A stretch of 64,000 bases of DNA, from NCBI GenBank assembly GCA_965205905.1, contig CBDBHZ010000012.1:316445-380444 (forward strand). Reading direction: 5' to 3'. The translations under genes and the position numbers were made by a program. This DNA comes from Alphaproteobacteria bacterium. Lineage in GTDB: Bacteria; Pseudomonadota; Alphaproteobacteria; JABAAW01; JAHZMA01. The notes below the pieces were generated by a model that was not told where the DNA came from, searched no databases, and was given only the letters and a program-made list of their open reading frames with translations. Numbering within the stretch: the stretch's first letter is position 1; each line of letters begins with the position of its first letter. Shown one piece after another: positions 18,240 to 28,271 of this stretch.

Positions 18240-21200
18240 TTAAACGTCGTTAAAATAACGGGCACGGTAATCGCTTAAAAAGCTTTCGGTTGTTGCTTCT
18301 TGTGATAAAAGCCGTATCACCTCGCTGGCTTCAGCGGTTGAAAAATTATCACTGGAGGTGGCTTTGATATAGTCAAAGGCACGCTTTAATGGTGAGTTCC
18401 GCATACTCGGCTCAAAACGTTGTGCGACTTGCCGAAGCGTATCATATTGCTGTGATAATTGCAGTGACAACAGCCAGTTAATCAGATAATTGGCTTTTTG
18501 GTTGCCTAAAAACACATCTTCAGCTGGTGGCTCACCAGTAAGCCGCTGCATGGTAATGGCAGCACGATACCAATCTTGATTGTTCCAAAAAATATCGCGA
18601 CGCAGTAAATCGGCATTCAGTGATAAATCACCAGCGATTAAATCAAGTGCCGATTCTGGCTGTTCTAAATCAATCAATGCTTTGGCGTATAATCTTCTGG
18701 CATCAACGCTTTCTTGTGATGATTCAATGCCCAAATCGCTCCGATAGGTTTCAAACACATTAATCGTGCCTTCAGGGTTGCCCATCGTAATATGCAATAG
18801 TCCAACTTTTACGATAAGCGACCGCTTTTGCTTTGCCGTTAGCAACCTTTCAGCTATCAGTGGTTCTAACAATTCATTGGCGTTTTGATAAAATTGTTCC
18901 TCTATCAGATTATCGGCGATATTAGAAATAATCCGCACGCGTTCATTGCCAATGGGAAGCAATTCACGGAAATTGCGTAATAATTTGAGAGATGTTTGGG
19001 CATCAATATTAATATTTTCGTTTTCTTCTAAAAAGATTGAACGGAACACAGAAATCATTTCTTGGGTGAGTAATAAAGCAGAGGGGTTTTCAGGAAAGTA
19101 AGCAGCGGCATCACGTAAAATATTAAGCCCTAGCTCTACCTCACCAATGTCTAAATATAATTCACCTAAGCGCCCTAATAATTGTAATTCCAAATTATCA
19201 CCACGCCAAATATAGCGTAGATGCTCTAATTTTTGCGCCGATTCTTCAGGTAAGTTATCTCCCCTATTAAGGTCATAATTGATTTTTTCTAATTCAGCGA
19301 GAACCACCCATTTATTATTGGGGTCTAACTCAATCATTTCTTGCCAAACACCATAGGCATAATTGCTATCATTTTTGCGTAAGGCGAATAAGCCATCATA
19401 ATATAAAAAACGCTGATATTCATATTTAGCCATTTGGTTAATAAAATTACGCAATGTTTCTAACCATGTTTGCACCACAACCAAATCATTCGTGGCAAAA
19501 CCAGTTTCAATCTGCCAGTTGGCAATCCAATTTCTTAAATAGACAGGATAACGCCGTGCAAAATCGCTTGAACGTTCAAAGCGTAATTGGGCAGCTTCCC
19601 ACTCACCTTTTTGGGCGGCCGCAATACCTTGCCATAAGATTGCCTCGCCATAAGAAGAAAACACATCATCCGCTAGAATTTCAATGGCATCGTCGGTGCG
19701 CTCCATCAGCAGTAAAACCGCAGCTTTTAAGAGGCGGTAATTGATAGAATCGGTGGGATTATCAAAAACATCTTCATAAAGTTCTATATAGCCATATGCT
19801 TCACTGTTTAATTTTTGCCCTAAATAAAAAGTAGCCGCAGAAAGGTGATAAGCCCCACGTTCATTGCTAGGTAGGGTATAGTCTAAACTGTTATGAAGCT
19901 GTTGACGCGCTTCTAAAAATGGTAAAGCGCTATAAGAAATTGGTGGGAAATTAAGCAACGCATCATTCGAGGTATCATTTGCGCCGTCACCGTCATTTTC
20001 TAGTTTTTGCTGTGCAATATTTAAACCTGTTTCTTTATTAACGATGTAACCAGTTTCAGTATCAAAAATACTGATTCCTTCAATATGCGGCACAATCGCA
20101 ACACCTTGCTGTGCAGAAAGAAGCGAAAATTCTACAAAATCTCGCTGTTGTGTATTGGCAATGCCTAATGATTTAAATGTGCCAACCAGCAACTCACCAC
20201 CATAGATGGGGTCGGTAAATGTTACTGCTTTGCCAATATTGCTTGATGATAAAAGTAAATATTTATTGTTTTTGGCATCACGCTGTATATGCCCTGATAC
20301 TGTTTGCGTGGGGGTATAGGGTTCATCATGGAAACGCAAAATATAATTGAAGCCTTTTTGTGTAATAGATGCATTAATCTCGCGTGTTGGTAAAAACCTT
20401 AAAACAGTTGCCTCAGGCACCTCAACCCTTGCCACCTCCAGTAATAAGGGCAATAATCTGGTTCGCAATTTGCTTAAATTCACAGGCAAGTCACGGTCGG
20501 CGATAAACCAGTAATAGCCACCATATCTGAAAAATGCTGTGCCAATATTCTCAGTAAGTGGGATTGTAACGGTTTGTTGAGCATCAGGTAATGTTAGAAT
20601 TGAGCTTCCTAAATTGCGATTGATATTGGTTTTTGGGGGCGTGAAGGGGATTGTGCTAAAACGCTGAGAATCACCCCTAATCGTAGCTTTGGGAAAATCA
20701 TTGCGCTGCACCACTTCTTGTTGTTTTGGCAGTAAATCAATGACAATTTTTGTGCCTGAGCGAAAATGCCTGATATTGTAGCTATCGGGGACTTCCATTG
20801 CGAACACACTGGTGCTATCAATTTGCAAAATACGTGCATTACCAAATGGTTCGTTAGCATTAAACTCAACTTGGCTGATATCAATGGCTTCATTTTGCCC
20901 AAATGTAATTTGCATCTCTTCACTATCATACTCAATCAGATATTGCACTTCGGTTGTAAAATCAAAAATTATTCTTAAATATTCGGGCGTCCGTCCGATA
21001 CGCACAATATTTCTATTATCATTGCCGAATTGGTCATCATCGCTTAATGCTTCTAAATCAACACCTTGTGAAGAAAATACATTATTTGATTGCGTGTTGT
21101 TACTGGCTTCTTCCACAGAAGGTAAATCCTGATAACCCGCAATGATATTGTCACTATCGCCATTGAAACTGTTATCATCAATAATCGCTTCAGCAGCTGT

Positions 21201-22208
21201 ATCATTTTGTAAAAGCTGACTGGTTTGGTCTCTTGGCAGCATATCCACAATCACACGGCTGCCAATTCTTCTATGGGCAATCGCGAGCTGTTCGCTGGTT
21301 GGTAGAATAAAGACGCGCCCATTGCCAGTGATTCTGGCAGGGCCTGATGCTAATTCAAGCGAAGGTTCAATTTCTGAAAGTGTTTCCGATGTAAAAGGGC
21401 GGTCAAAAATAATACTGACATTGGTGGCACTGGCGGTTGCTTGATATTGCGGCTGGTCCGAGAAGATAAACTCTAATCTACCGCCACCATCATTTAATGA
21501 GTAGGTATTAATGGTGATAATTTCTATATCTGGCTCGCTTGCCTCTGCTTGTGGTGTTGCATTTGGTGTTGATTCGTCAGTGACGCTTAAATCCCCATCT
21601 AAATCCCCATCTAAATTTGGGGCATTTTGTGAATCCACTTCATCAGCATCTAGCGTAATAATTTGTGGCTGTGTAGAAGGGATTAAATCAGATTCCGATA
21701 TTTCTTGTTCATTAATCTCTGTTTGTGGCTGAGGCGTTATCAGGGCTTGCGATTCTTGCAAATATTGGTAAGTTTCCACCGCTTCGGTGAAATTACCCTG
21801 CCCAATATCAAACACAATGGAATTGTTAAAGCGAAACGGACGGAATGCCATACCATCTTGCAACTGAATCCTTATTTGAGTATCAGATAAACGGGTAATG
21901 TTATCCACATAATTTCTCATCACATCATTAATAGGTGGGATGGTAAAATTCGTCGAATCAGCAAATGTAATAACCACATTATTATTATCAGTGTTAGGTT
22001 CAATCGTATAGGCGGTGATTTCGGGCCAATCAAACGCGATACGCAAAAATTGCCCGTCATCATGTGGCGCAATACGTAGCGATTGTGCCTGTGCATGATG
22101 CACGGTGAACATAAATACAAACCCCACGACTGCCAGTAGGGCGGTGTTGATTAATAAACGGGTATGGTTACTTAATATCATATATGACAATTTCAATCCG
22201 GTTGACAA
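18240..22208 (-). CDS. large secreted protein with N-terminal repeated ~60-aa beta-domain repeats (AMIN-like pattern) and C-terminal TPR-like region
   Basis: Signal/TM segment; repeated LRIAFDW / LEFIFSD / LRIIFDF modules; D/E/N-rich linkers; TPR-like helical repeats in the C-terminal ~500 aa. Confidence 0.5.
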   Translation of the reverse strand: MSTGLKLSYMILSNHTRLLINTALLAVVGFVFMFTVHHAQAQSLRIAPHDDGQFLRIAFDWPEITAYTIEPNTDNNNVVITFADSTNFTIPPINDVMRNYVDNITRLSDTQIRIQLQDGMAFRPFRFNNSIVFDIGQGNFTEAVETYQYLQESQALITPQPQTEINEQEISESDLIPSTQPQIITLDADEVDSQNAPNLDGDLDGDLSVTDESTPNATPQAEASEPDIEIITINTYSLNDGGGRLEFIFSDQPQYQATASATNVSIIFDRPFTSETLSEIEPSLELASGPARITGNGRVFILPTSEQLAIAHRRIGSRVIVDMLPRDQTSQLLQNDTAAEAIIDDNSFNGDSDNIIAGYQDLPSVEEASNNTQSNNVFSSQGVDLEALSDDDQFGNDNRNIVRIGRTPEYLRIIFDFTTEVQYLIEYDSEEMQITFGQNEAIDISQVEFNANEPFGNARILQIDSTSVFAMEVPDSYNIRHFRSGTKIVIDLLPKQQEVVQRNDFPKATIRGDSQRFSTIPFTPPKTNINRNLGSSILTLPDAQQTVTIPLTENIGTAFFRYGGYYWFIADRDLPVNLSKLRTRLLPLLLEVARVEVPEATVLRFLPTREINASITQKGFNYILRFHDEPYTPTQTVSGHIQRDAKNNKYLLLSSSNIGKAVTFTDPIYGGELLVGTFKSLGIANTQQRDFVEFSLLSAQQGVAIVPHIEGISIFDTETGYIVNKETGLNIAQQKLENDGDGANDTSNDALLNFPPISYSALPFLEARQQLHNSLDYTLPSNERGAYHLSAATFYLGQKLNSEAYGYIELYEDVFDNPTDSINYRLLKAAVLLLMERTDDAIEILADDVFSSYGEAILWQGIAAAQKGEWEAAQLRFERSSDFARRYPVYLRNWIANWQIETGFATNDLVVVQTWLETLRNFINQMAKYEYQRFLYYDGLFALRKNDSNYAYGVWQEMIELDPNNKWVVLAELEKINYDLNRGDNLPEESAQKLEHLRYIWRGDNLELQLLGRLGELYLDIGEVELGLNILRDAAAYFPENPSALLLTQEMISVFRSIFLEENENINIDAQTSLKLLRNFRELLPIGNERVRIISNIADNLIEEQFYQNANELLEPLIAERLLTAKQKRSLIVKVGLLHITMGNPEGTINVFETYRSDLGIESSQESVDARRLYAKALIDLEQPESALDLIAGDLSLNADLLRRDIFWNNQDWYRAAITMQRLTGEPPAEDVFLGNQKANYLINWLLSLQLSQQYDTLRQVAQRFEPSMRNSPLKRAFDYIKATSSDNFSTAEASEVIRLLSQEATTESFLSDYRARYFNDV

Positions 22209-22863
22209 GCTTCTCTCTTTCCTCCGGTGAAAATGTCAGGCTAACCTGATCTTCTATTGGCCATGTACGTGCACTGATAGCGACACTACGCGTAATGCCA
22301 TTATCAAAAAAATACTGCCTTACTGTATTAGCATAAGCCAGCCCTAAAATCCACCTCGAACTTATATTTTCTAATAAAGTGCTATTTGGGCTGACATTTG
22401 CGATAATTTCCATGCGATTTTTATAGATATTCAGCAAATCCATCAAATCGAGCAATAATATTTTACCTGCTGGTGTCAAACGGTCACCCTCTTGATGGAA
22501 CAGTAAATCATTATAAATGCTGATATTTATCCAACCCTTGCCAAGCGTTATATTAATATTCTCAAAGCCCGGTATTGTTTTGGTGTGTTGAAAAAGTATC
22601 TTATAAATATAGCGCGTCGGCTGTTCGATAGGGTCTTTCTTAAAATTAATAGCAAGGGAATAGTCGTATTGATTGGCAACTTTACGCAATTCATCAATAT
22701 CCGCTATTGTTTTCGAAGAAATAAAATCCTGATTCACAAGGTTACTAACAGAAAATAGAAGCACAAAAAAAGTAAGTAATAATGCCAGCATATCGCCCAT
22801 GCTGGTTAGCCAACCCGCAGCTTTTCGTGGTTCACGTTTAAGAACGCGCGGTTTAAATGACAT
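22168..22863 (-). CDS. MotB-like protein (N-terminal TM with conserved Asp; degenerate OmpA-like C-terminus)
   Basis: WLTSMGDMLALLLTFFVLLF aligns to the MotB plug/TM (W..D....AFF). The C-terminus NISSRWILGLAYANTVRQYF is OmpA-like. Confidence 0.5.
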   Translation of the reverse strand: MSFKPRVLKREPRKAAGWLTSMGDMLALLLTFFVLLFSVSNLVNQDFISSKTIADIDELRKVANQYDYSLAINFKKDPIEQPTRYIYKILFQHTKTIPGFENINITLGKGWINISIYNDLLFHQEGDRLTPAGKILLLDLMDLLNIYKNRMEIIANVSPNSTLLENISSRWILGLAYANTVRQYFFDNGITRSVAISARTWPIEDQVSLTFSPEEREKLVNRIEIVIYDIK

Positions 22864-23574
22864 TTATTGCTGTCCCGATATTGTTGTATTATTCGTTGTT
22901 GCATCACCCGATATAATCTGAATATTGGGCAGTTCTTCTATATTTGTATAAAAACGAAATTCTACAAACTCATCTTCCTCGGTGCTGATACTACCTTGCA
23001 GGTAATAAGATGGCACCCCCTCATATATCAGCAAATCAATCAAATGTTCTAGCCGTTCTGCCGCTTGTGGCGGACCATAAGAAAAACTATTGCCAAGTTC
23101 TAATACAGGTGTATTAATAGTAACCACAACATAAATAGGTGTGGAAGCTTGTGAAATTGAATGCGCTATCCGACGAATAACGATTAATTGTTCCGCGCGA
23201 ATGGTAGAAGAATCTGAATGAAAAATATCATTAAGAGAGAATCTAACAAAAATGCGATTGGCGTTATTTTCAATGATTGTGGGGTCAATCACCTTTATTT
23301 CATTTTCAATCAAAGTGCGGATAACTTGCAAAATATGATTGTTAGAAATGCCACTGGCACGATTTTGCGGGGTGTTAACCGTTTCTTCAGTCGCATCAAC
23401 AGTAATAGAAAAAACTTCAGCAATCGATTCGATGGCTTGGTCGCTACGTTCATCAACAACTTCGGAAAGTGCAACCAATACCACAAAGAAAGCCAGTAAT
23501 AGAATAAAGAGATTGACGAAAATGGTCGCACCCGCATTCGGGTCAGATTCATAACTAGTTTTGCTCATATACAA
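22864..23574 (-). CDS. MotB-like paralogue (Asn replaces the conserved TM Asp; degenerate OmpA-like C-terminus)
   Basis: GATIFVNLFILLLAFFVVL is a MotB-like TM segment. Confidence 0.4.
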   Translation of the reverse strand: MYMSKTSYESDPNAGATIFVNLFILLLAFFVVLVALSEVVDERSDQAIESIAEVFSITVDATEETVNTPQNRASGISNNHILQVIRTLIENEIKVIDPTIIENNANRIFVRFSLNDIFHSDSSTIRAEQLIVIRRIAHSISQASTPIYVVVTINTPVLELGNSFSYGPPQAAERLEHLIDLLIYEGVPSYYLQGSISTEEDEFVEFRFYTNIEELPNIQIISGDATTNNTTISGQQ

Positions 23575-23591
23575 CCATCACCAATAAGAGA

Positions 23592-24236
23592 TTACTGAAA
23601 CATTTCATCAATCATCTGCTGTTTATCAGGTGATTGATGCAAATCTGGACCTTCAAGCATCTCCCCTGGATCTTTGATAATCTCTTGCTTGCTGACACGT
23701 TCTTTATAGCGATTTCTAGCATCTTCATCGCCAAGCAATGATAAGATACCGTCAAGAGTCATTTCAATCTGCTCTAATGTTCTAATCACTTTACCCATTC
23801 TTTGACCCGTAATATCTTGAAAGCTAGACGCTTCCAAAATACGCGTGGTGTATTTTTGTATCGCATCGCGAGTTTCTTCAGGAATATTTTCGGTGATAAC
23901 ATCCATATGCTCGGCACATTCTAAAATTGCCGAGGTGGCAGTTTCAGTGGAAGAGCGAATAGCAACCAACTCATTGATAATGTTCGGAATATATTTATCA
24001 CGAATATCTTCAGGGTGTAATCCTTTAATTTTTTCAGTGAAAGTGGAGCGAACATTATTTAATATTTTCTTTTCTAAATCACCCACAGTCATGCGGTTGC
24101 TGAGTTGTCCAATTTTTAAGTTTGTGCCACCCTCATGTCCCGGAATGTGCGAATAAAGAATCGAATCAACAAAATCCTCCACCTCTTTGCGTGAAGCAAA
24201 AACTTGATTACTTACTTTCTTGGTGTTTTCTACCAT
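23592..24236 (-). CDS. cheZ: CheY-P phosphatase CheZ
   Basis: 214 aa. SFQDITGQRMGKVIRTLEQIE aligns with E. coli CheZ [20 protein letters not shown] (catalytic Asp/Gln conserved). C-terminal acidic CheY-binding peptide. Confidence 0.7.
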   Translation of the reverse strand: MVENTKKVSNQVFASRKEVEDFVDSILYSHIPGHEGGTNLKIGQLSNRMTVGDLEKKILNNVRSTFTEKIKGLHPEDIRDKYIPNIINELVAIRSSTETATSAILECAEHMDVITENIPEETRDAIQKYTTRILEASSFQDITGQRMGKVIRTLEQIEMTLDGILSLLGDEDARNRYKERVSKQEIIKDPGEMLEGPDLHQSPDKQQMIDEMFQ

Positions 24237-24524
24237 TTTACCTAAATCCCAAAATTATATTTATTATTATCATACATTGTAGCCACTTACTTCTAAACGA
24301 GTAATGATAAAAAATTATTCTTGTATAATTATTATAGCATAAAATCTTAAAAATTCATAGAAAATTCTGATAATGAAATGAAATTATTGATATTCAACTC
24401 ATCGCTCACTGCATAACACAATGATAACACATAAATTTTTGATAATTAGCTCTATTAAATCAAGTTTGGTAAATCAGTTTTGGCAATTTAAAATTTGCAA
24501 ATCTGTTTTTCTGCTGATAGCAAT

Positions 24525-24905
24525 CTAAGTCAATACGCTTTCAACTTTAGAGCGCAATGTCTCAGCATTAAATGGCTTAACAATATAATTATTAACGCCT
24601 GCATTTTTTGCTGCCAAAACATTTTCAGTTTTGCTTTCTGCCGTTACCATGATAAAAGGTATATCTTTATGCTCTGGTGTGTTTCTGACACTTTTTAAGA
24701 AATCAAAACCATTCATCGGCTGCATATTCCAATCAGAAATAATCAAACTATATTTCTTGGTCGCAAGCTTTTTAAGTGCATCAGTGCCATCATAGGCTTC
24801 GTCAACATCTTCAAAGCCAATTTGCTTTAATAGATTTCGAATGATTCGCAACATCGTTTTGTAATCATCAACAATAAGGACAGATATCTTAGTATCAAAA
24901 GGCAT
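24525..24905 (-). CDS. cheY: chemotaxis response regulator CheY (single REC domain)
   Basis: VLIVDDYKTM, ISDWNMQPMNG, FIMVTAE..NVLAAKNAGVNNYIVKP. GGAG RBS before the internal ATG. Confidence 0.8.
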   Translation of the reverse strand: MPFDTKISVLIVDDYKTMLRIIRNLLKQIGFEDVDEAYDGTDALKKLATKKYSLIISDWNMQPMNGFDFLKSVRNTPEHKDIPFIMVTAESKTENVLAAKNAGVNNYIVKPFNAETLRSKVESVLT

Positions 24906-25035
24906 TGCATAAAGCTCCACTTTAACTGCTCTTTAAACGATAAAGAAAACAGTTTGTTAAACATAAAAACAACTGCATTATACAACCCAATTGCCTCGCT
25001 GTCAATCACACAATCACATAAAAATAATAATTTTT

Positions 25036-26085
25036 CTAATTCTTTAAATTTGTGGTGATATTTTGTGCAATTTTTGTGAAAATCGCCTGTATTGTCGCAT
25101 GTGTCTTGGTATTGTTATCCACATCTGCCATAAAAGGAATTTGTTTATCCGCCGAACCACGCAAATCTTGCATCAGCGGTATCTTGCCTAACAATTCAGT
25201 GCCATGTTGCTTTGCCTGTTGTTGCATATCTAGCGCATCAAAAATATGACTTACCTCGCCACAATGCGGGCATGTGAAGCCTGCCATATTCTCAACCATG
25301 CCAATCAGCGGGATATTCAGCTTTTCAAACATTTTCATTGCGCGTGATGCATCAATCAACGATAAATCATGCCCTGTGGTGATAATCACCGCGCCATCAG
25401 CCTTTGTTTGCTGGGCAATAGAAAGCGGAATATCACCCGTGCCGGGCGGCAAATCTATCACCAGATAATCAAGCATTTCACCTTCATTGTCAGCCCAATT
25501 CACATCAAACAAAAATTGCTTCAACGCTTTGACTACCATAGGTGCACGCCATATAATTGCATCTTGTGGAGTGGTTAAATAGCCCATAGAAATGCTTTTG
25601 ATACCAAATTTTTCAATCGGCATCGCACGGTTATTTTCAATGAGAGGCTTTTCAGTTATCCCCAATAATTGTGCCATCGATGGTCCGTAAATATCGGCAT
25701 CAAGCAAACCGATTCGATAATTGCCGATTTGTGAAAGCGCGACTGCCAAATTTAAGCTGATGGTTGATTTACCAACCCCGCCCTTACCACTGCCCACCAG
25801 AATAATCTTTTTGGCAGGTGATGGGTTGCTAGATTCTTGCATTTTATCGCGTTCGGCAGTCAGGGCGATATTCACAAGCCTTGTCTCCCCAGCTTCCATC
25901 AGCGCAGAAACATATTCTTGTTGTAATTTATTTGCCTCACCAGCAATCAATGCTTGGGGGAGGGTTATCACGATTTGCAATTTTTTCTGGTCAGGCATCA
26001 GCGAAATAGCGGCCGCGCTTAATGTTTCACCATTGCTCATTGCTATATTGCATAAGATATCGATAATTTTTTGATTGTTAAGCAT
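25036..26085 (-). CDS. apbC: Mrp/ApbC/NBP35 Fe-S cluster carrier ATPase
   Basis: Walker A VGSGKGGVGKSTISLNLA and conserved CPHCGE motif. Confidence 0.8.
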   Translation of the reverse strand: MLNNQKIIDILCNIAMSNGETLSAAAISLMPDQKKLQIVITLPQALIAGEANKLQQEYVSALMEAGETRLVNIALTAERDKMQESSNPSPAKKIILVGSGKGGVGKSTISLNLAVALSQIGNYRIGLLDADIYGPSMAQLLGITEKPLIENNRAMPIEKFGIKSISMGYLTTPQDAIIWRAPMVVKALKQFLFDVNWADNEGEMLDYLVIDLPPGTGDIPLSIAQQTKADGAVIITTGHDLSLIDASRAMKMFEKLNIPLIGMVENMAGFTCPHCGEVSHIFDALDMQQQAKQHGTELLGKIPLMQDLRGSADKQIPFMADVDNNTKTHATIQAIFTKIAQNITTNLKN

Positions 26086-26234
26086 AATATTAGTTCCAAA
26101 TATTGTTTGTCGTAAGCCATTATAATAGCATATCAGCATGATAATCGATAAAGCATAAAAAATATACCTTGCAATAAGATAATAGGGTAACTATATATAG
26201 GGTGAATTACTTAATAAATGAAAAAGAGGTAGGC

Positions 26235-27365
26235 ATGTCTTACGATGGTGGCCCTTGGGGGCAAAATACTGGTAAAAAAACGTCAAGCAATGGTGCAGGC
26301 AAAGGTCCGCGTGCAACGGGCACTGGCGGTGGTAGGGGCAAAAAACCTGCTAATGGCGGTGGCGGTAGCAATGTGCCTCCCGAATTTGAAACGATTCTAA
26401 GCGATATTCAAAACAGAATGCGCGGTGCAGTTGGCGGTGGTAATAATAGTCGTAAAATTTTCCTTGTGATTGGTGCGCTGTTTTTGCTATGGATTGCCAG
26501 CGGTTTTTATCGCGTAGAACAAGGTAAATTGGGCTTGAAATTAGTGTTTGGTGAATATACTGGCGCGCCCACATTACCGGGTCTTAACTATAATTTCCCA
26601 ACCCCAATCGGCAGTGTTGAAATTGTTGATGTGGCACGGGCAAGGCGCATTGATATTGGCTATCGTGGTAATAGCAGCACACAGTTGCGTGATATTCCTG
26701 AAGAAAGCTTAATGCTAACGGGCGACCAAAATATTGTGGATATTGATTTTGCAGTGTTCTGGAAAGTGCGTGAGCCTGAGAAATATTTGTTCAATATCCG
26801 CGCACAAGAAGATACTGTTAAGTTAGCTGCCGAAAGCGCGATGCGCGAAGTGGTAGGGCAAACCGTATTTGATCAAGCCGTTACTGATGGCAGGGCAAGC
26901 ATTGAAACCCGCACTTTGCAAGTGTTACAATCTATTTTGGATAGTTACGATGCAGGGATTTTGGTGGAAAAAGTGGATATGCAAAAATCCGACCCACCGG
27001 GGCAGGTGCTTGATGCCTTTAACGATGTGCAACGGGCAAGACAAGATTTAGATAGGTTGCGTAATCAGGCAGATGCCTATGCCAATACAGTTGTGCCAGA
27101 AGCGCGTGGTGAGGCAGAGAAAGTATTACTAGATGCTGAAGGCAGACGTGAGCAATTAATCACCGAAGCTGATGGTGAAGCCAAACGGTTTATTGATGTC
27201 TATAACAGTTACAGGCGTTCGCCTGAAGTAACGCAAAGACGGATGTATTTGGAAACAATGGGCAAGGTTTTAGGCACTGCTGAAATTGTGATTATTGATA
27301 AGGAAAGCGGTGGCGTATTGCCTTATCTGCCTTTGCCTCAATTAAAATCACGTACACAGCAATAG
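26235..27365 (+). CDS. hflK: FtsH protease modulator HflK
   Basis: Gly-rich N-terminus, TM segment, SPFH domain. AAGAGGT RBS. Followed directly by hflC. Confidence 0.8.
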   Translation: MSYDGGPWGQNTGKKTSSNGAGKGPRATGTGGGRGKKPANGGGGSNVPPEFETILSDIQNRMRGAVGGGNNSRKIFLVIGALFLLWIASGFYRVEQGKLGLKLVFGEYTGAPTLPGLNYNFPTPIGSVEIVDVARARRIDIGYRGNSSTQLRDIPEESLMLTGDQNIVDIDFAVFWKVREPEKYLFNIRAQEDTVKLAAESAMREVVGQTVFDQAVTDGRASIETRTLQVLQSILDSYDAGILVEKVDMQKSDPPGQVLDAFNDVQRARQDLDRLRNQADAYANTVVPEARGEAEKVLLDAEGRREQLITEADGEAKRFIDVYNSYRRSPEVTQRRMYLETMGKVLGTAEIVIIDKESGGVLPYLPLPQLKSRTQQ

Positions 27366-27386
27366 TGGAAATTAAAGGATAGTAAA

Positions 27387-28241
27387 ATGATAAAATTTTT
27401 AGCAGGTATTATTGGCGTTGTAACGATTGTCGTTGGTATGGGCGCATTGTTCACGGTAAAAGAAACTGAACAGGTGTTGGTACTACAATTTGGTGAGGTG
27501 CGCCGTGTGATTACCGAGCCGGGGCTTAATATTAAAATCCCAATGGTTCAAAACCTTATCCGTTATGATAATCGGATATTGCCGATTGACCCACCGCAAT
27601 TTGAAGTGTTGCTGACTGATAAGAAGCGCGTGAATGTAGATGCTTATGCGCGTTATCGAATCATTGATGCCAGTGAATTTTATCAAAGGGTGCGAACTGA
27701 AACATTGCTTACCGATAGATTCGGCAAAAATGCCAATGCTGCATTGCAACGGGTGCTTGCAACGGTATCGCTGACCGATATGCTATCTGAAAATCGTGAT
27801 AATGTGATGCAACAGATTGAAGAAGAATTGCAATCGCAAGCCAAAACATTTGGTATTGAATTGATTGATATTCGAATCGGTCGCACCGATTTGCCATCGC
27901 AAACCAGTGAAGCGGTGTTTAACCGTATGCGTACCGAACGTGAGCGCGAAGCCCGTGAATTGCGCGCACAAGGTGAGGAAGCATCGCGTAAGATTCGCGC
28001 ACAGGCTGATAAAGAGCGGACAATTATTCTGGCTGATGCCAAGAGCCGTAGCAATATTTTAGTCGGTGATGGCGAAGCACAGCGTAATGTGATTTTAGGT
28101 AATGCCTATGGGCGCGACCCACGTTTCTTTGCATTTTATAAAAGCCTTGAGCAATATGAACAAGCGCTTGCAAAAGAAGATAATACTTTTGTGATTTCAC
28201 CTGATAGCGAGTTCTTCCAATTCTTCGGTAAATCCAGATAA
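27387..28241 (+). CDS. hflC: FtsH protease modulator HflC
   Basis: SPFH/band-7 domain directly downstream of hflK. Confidence 0.8.
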   Translation: MIKFLAGIIGVVTIVVGMGALFTVKETEQVLVLQFGEVRRVITEPGLNIKIPMVQNLIRYDNRILPIDPPQFEVLLTDKKRVNVDAYARYRIIDASEFYQRVRTETLLTDRFGKNANAALQRVLATVSLTDMLSENRDNVMQQIEEELQSQAKTFGIELIDIRIGRTDLPSQTSEAVFNRMRTEREREARELRAQGEEASRKIRAQADKERTIILADAKSRSNILVGDGEAQRNVILGNAYGRDPRFFAFYKSLEQYEQALAKEDNTFVISPDSEFFQFFGKSR

Positions 28242-28271
28242 AGACCAAAGAAAACAGACCAAATAAATAAA

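Noticed and set aside
22168-22208. 41-bp overlap between the MotB-like gene and the 1322-aa gene, as a possible programmed frameshift or fusion
   Set aside because: An in-frame Met at 22181 (MILSNHTRLL..., giving a plausible signal peptide) reduces the overlap to 14 bp. Ordinary overlapping starts explain it more simply.
24488-24512. TTGGCAA-N7-TTTGCA sequence resembling a sigma54 -24/-12 promoter in the cheZ/cheY intergenic region
   Set aside because: The GG to GC spacing is 15 nt rather than the canonical 12. The motif is on the plus strand while both flanking genes are on the minus strand. The reverse complement lacks the GG element.
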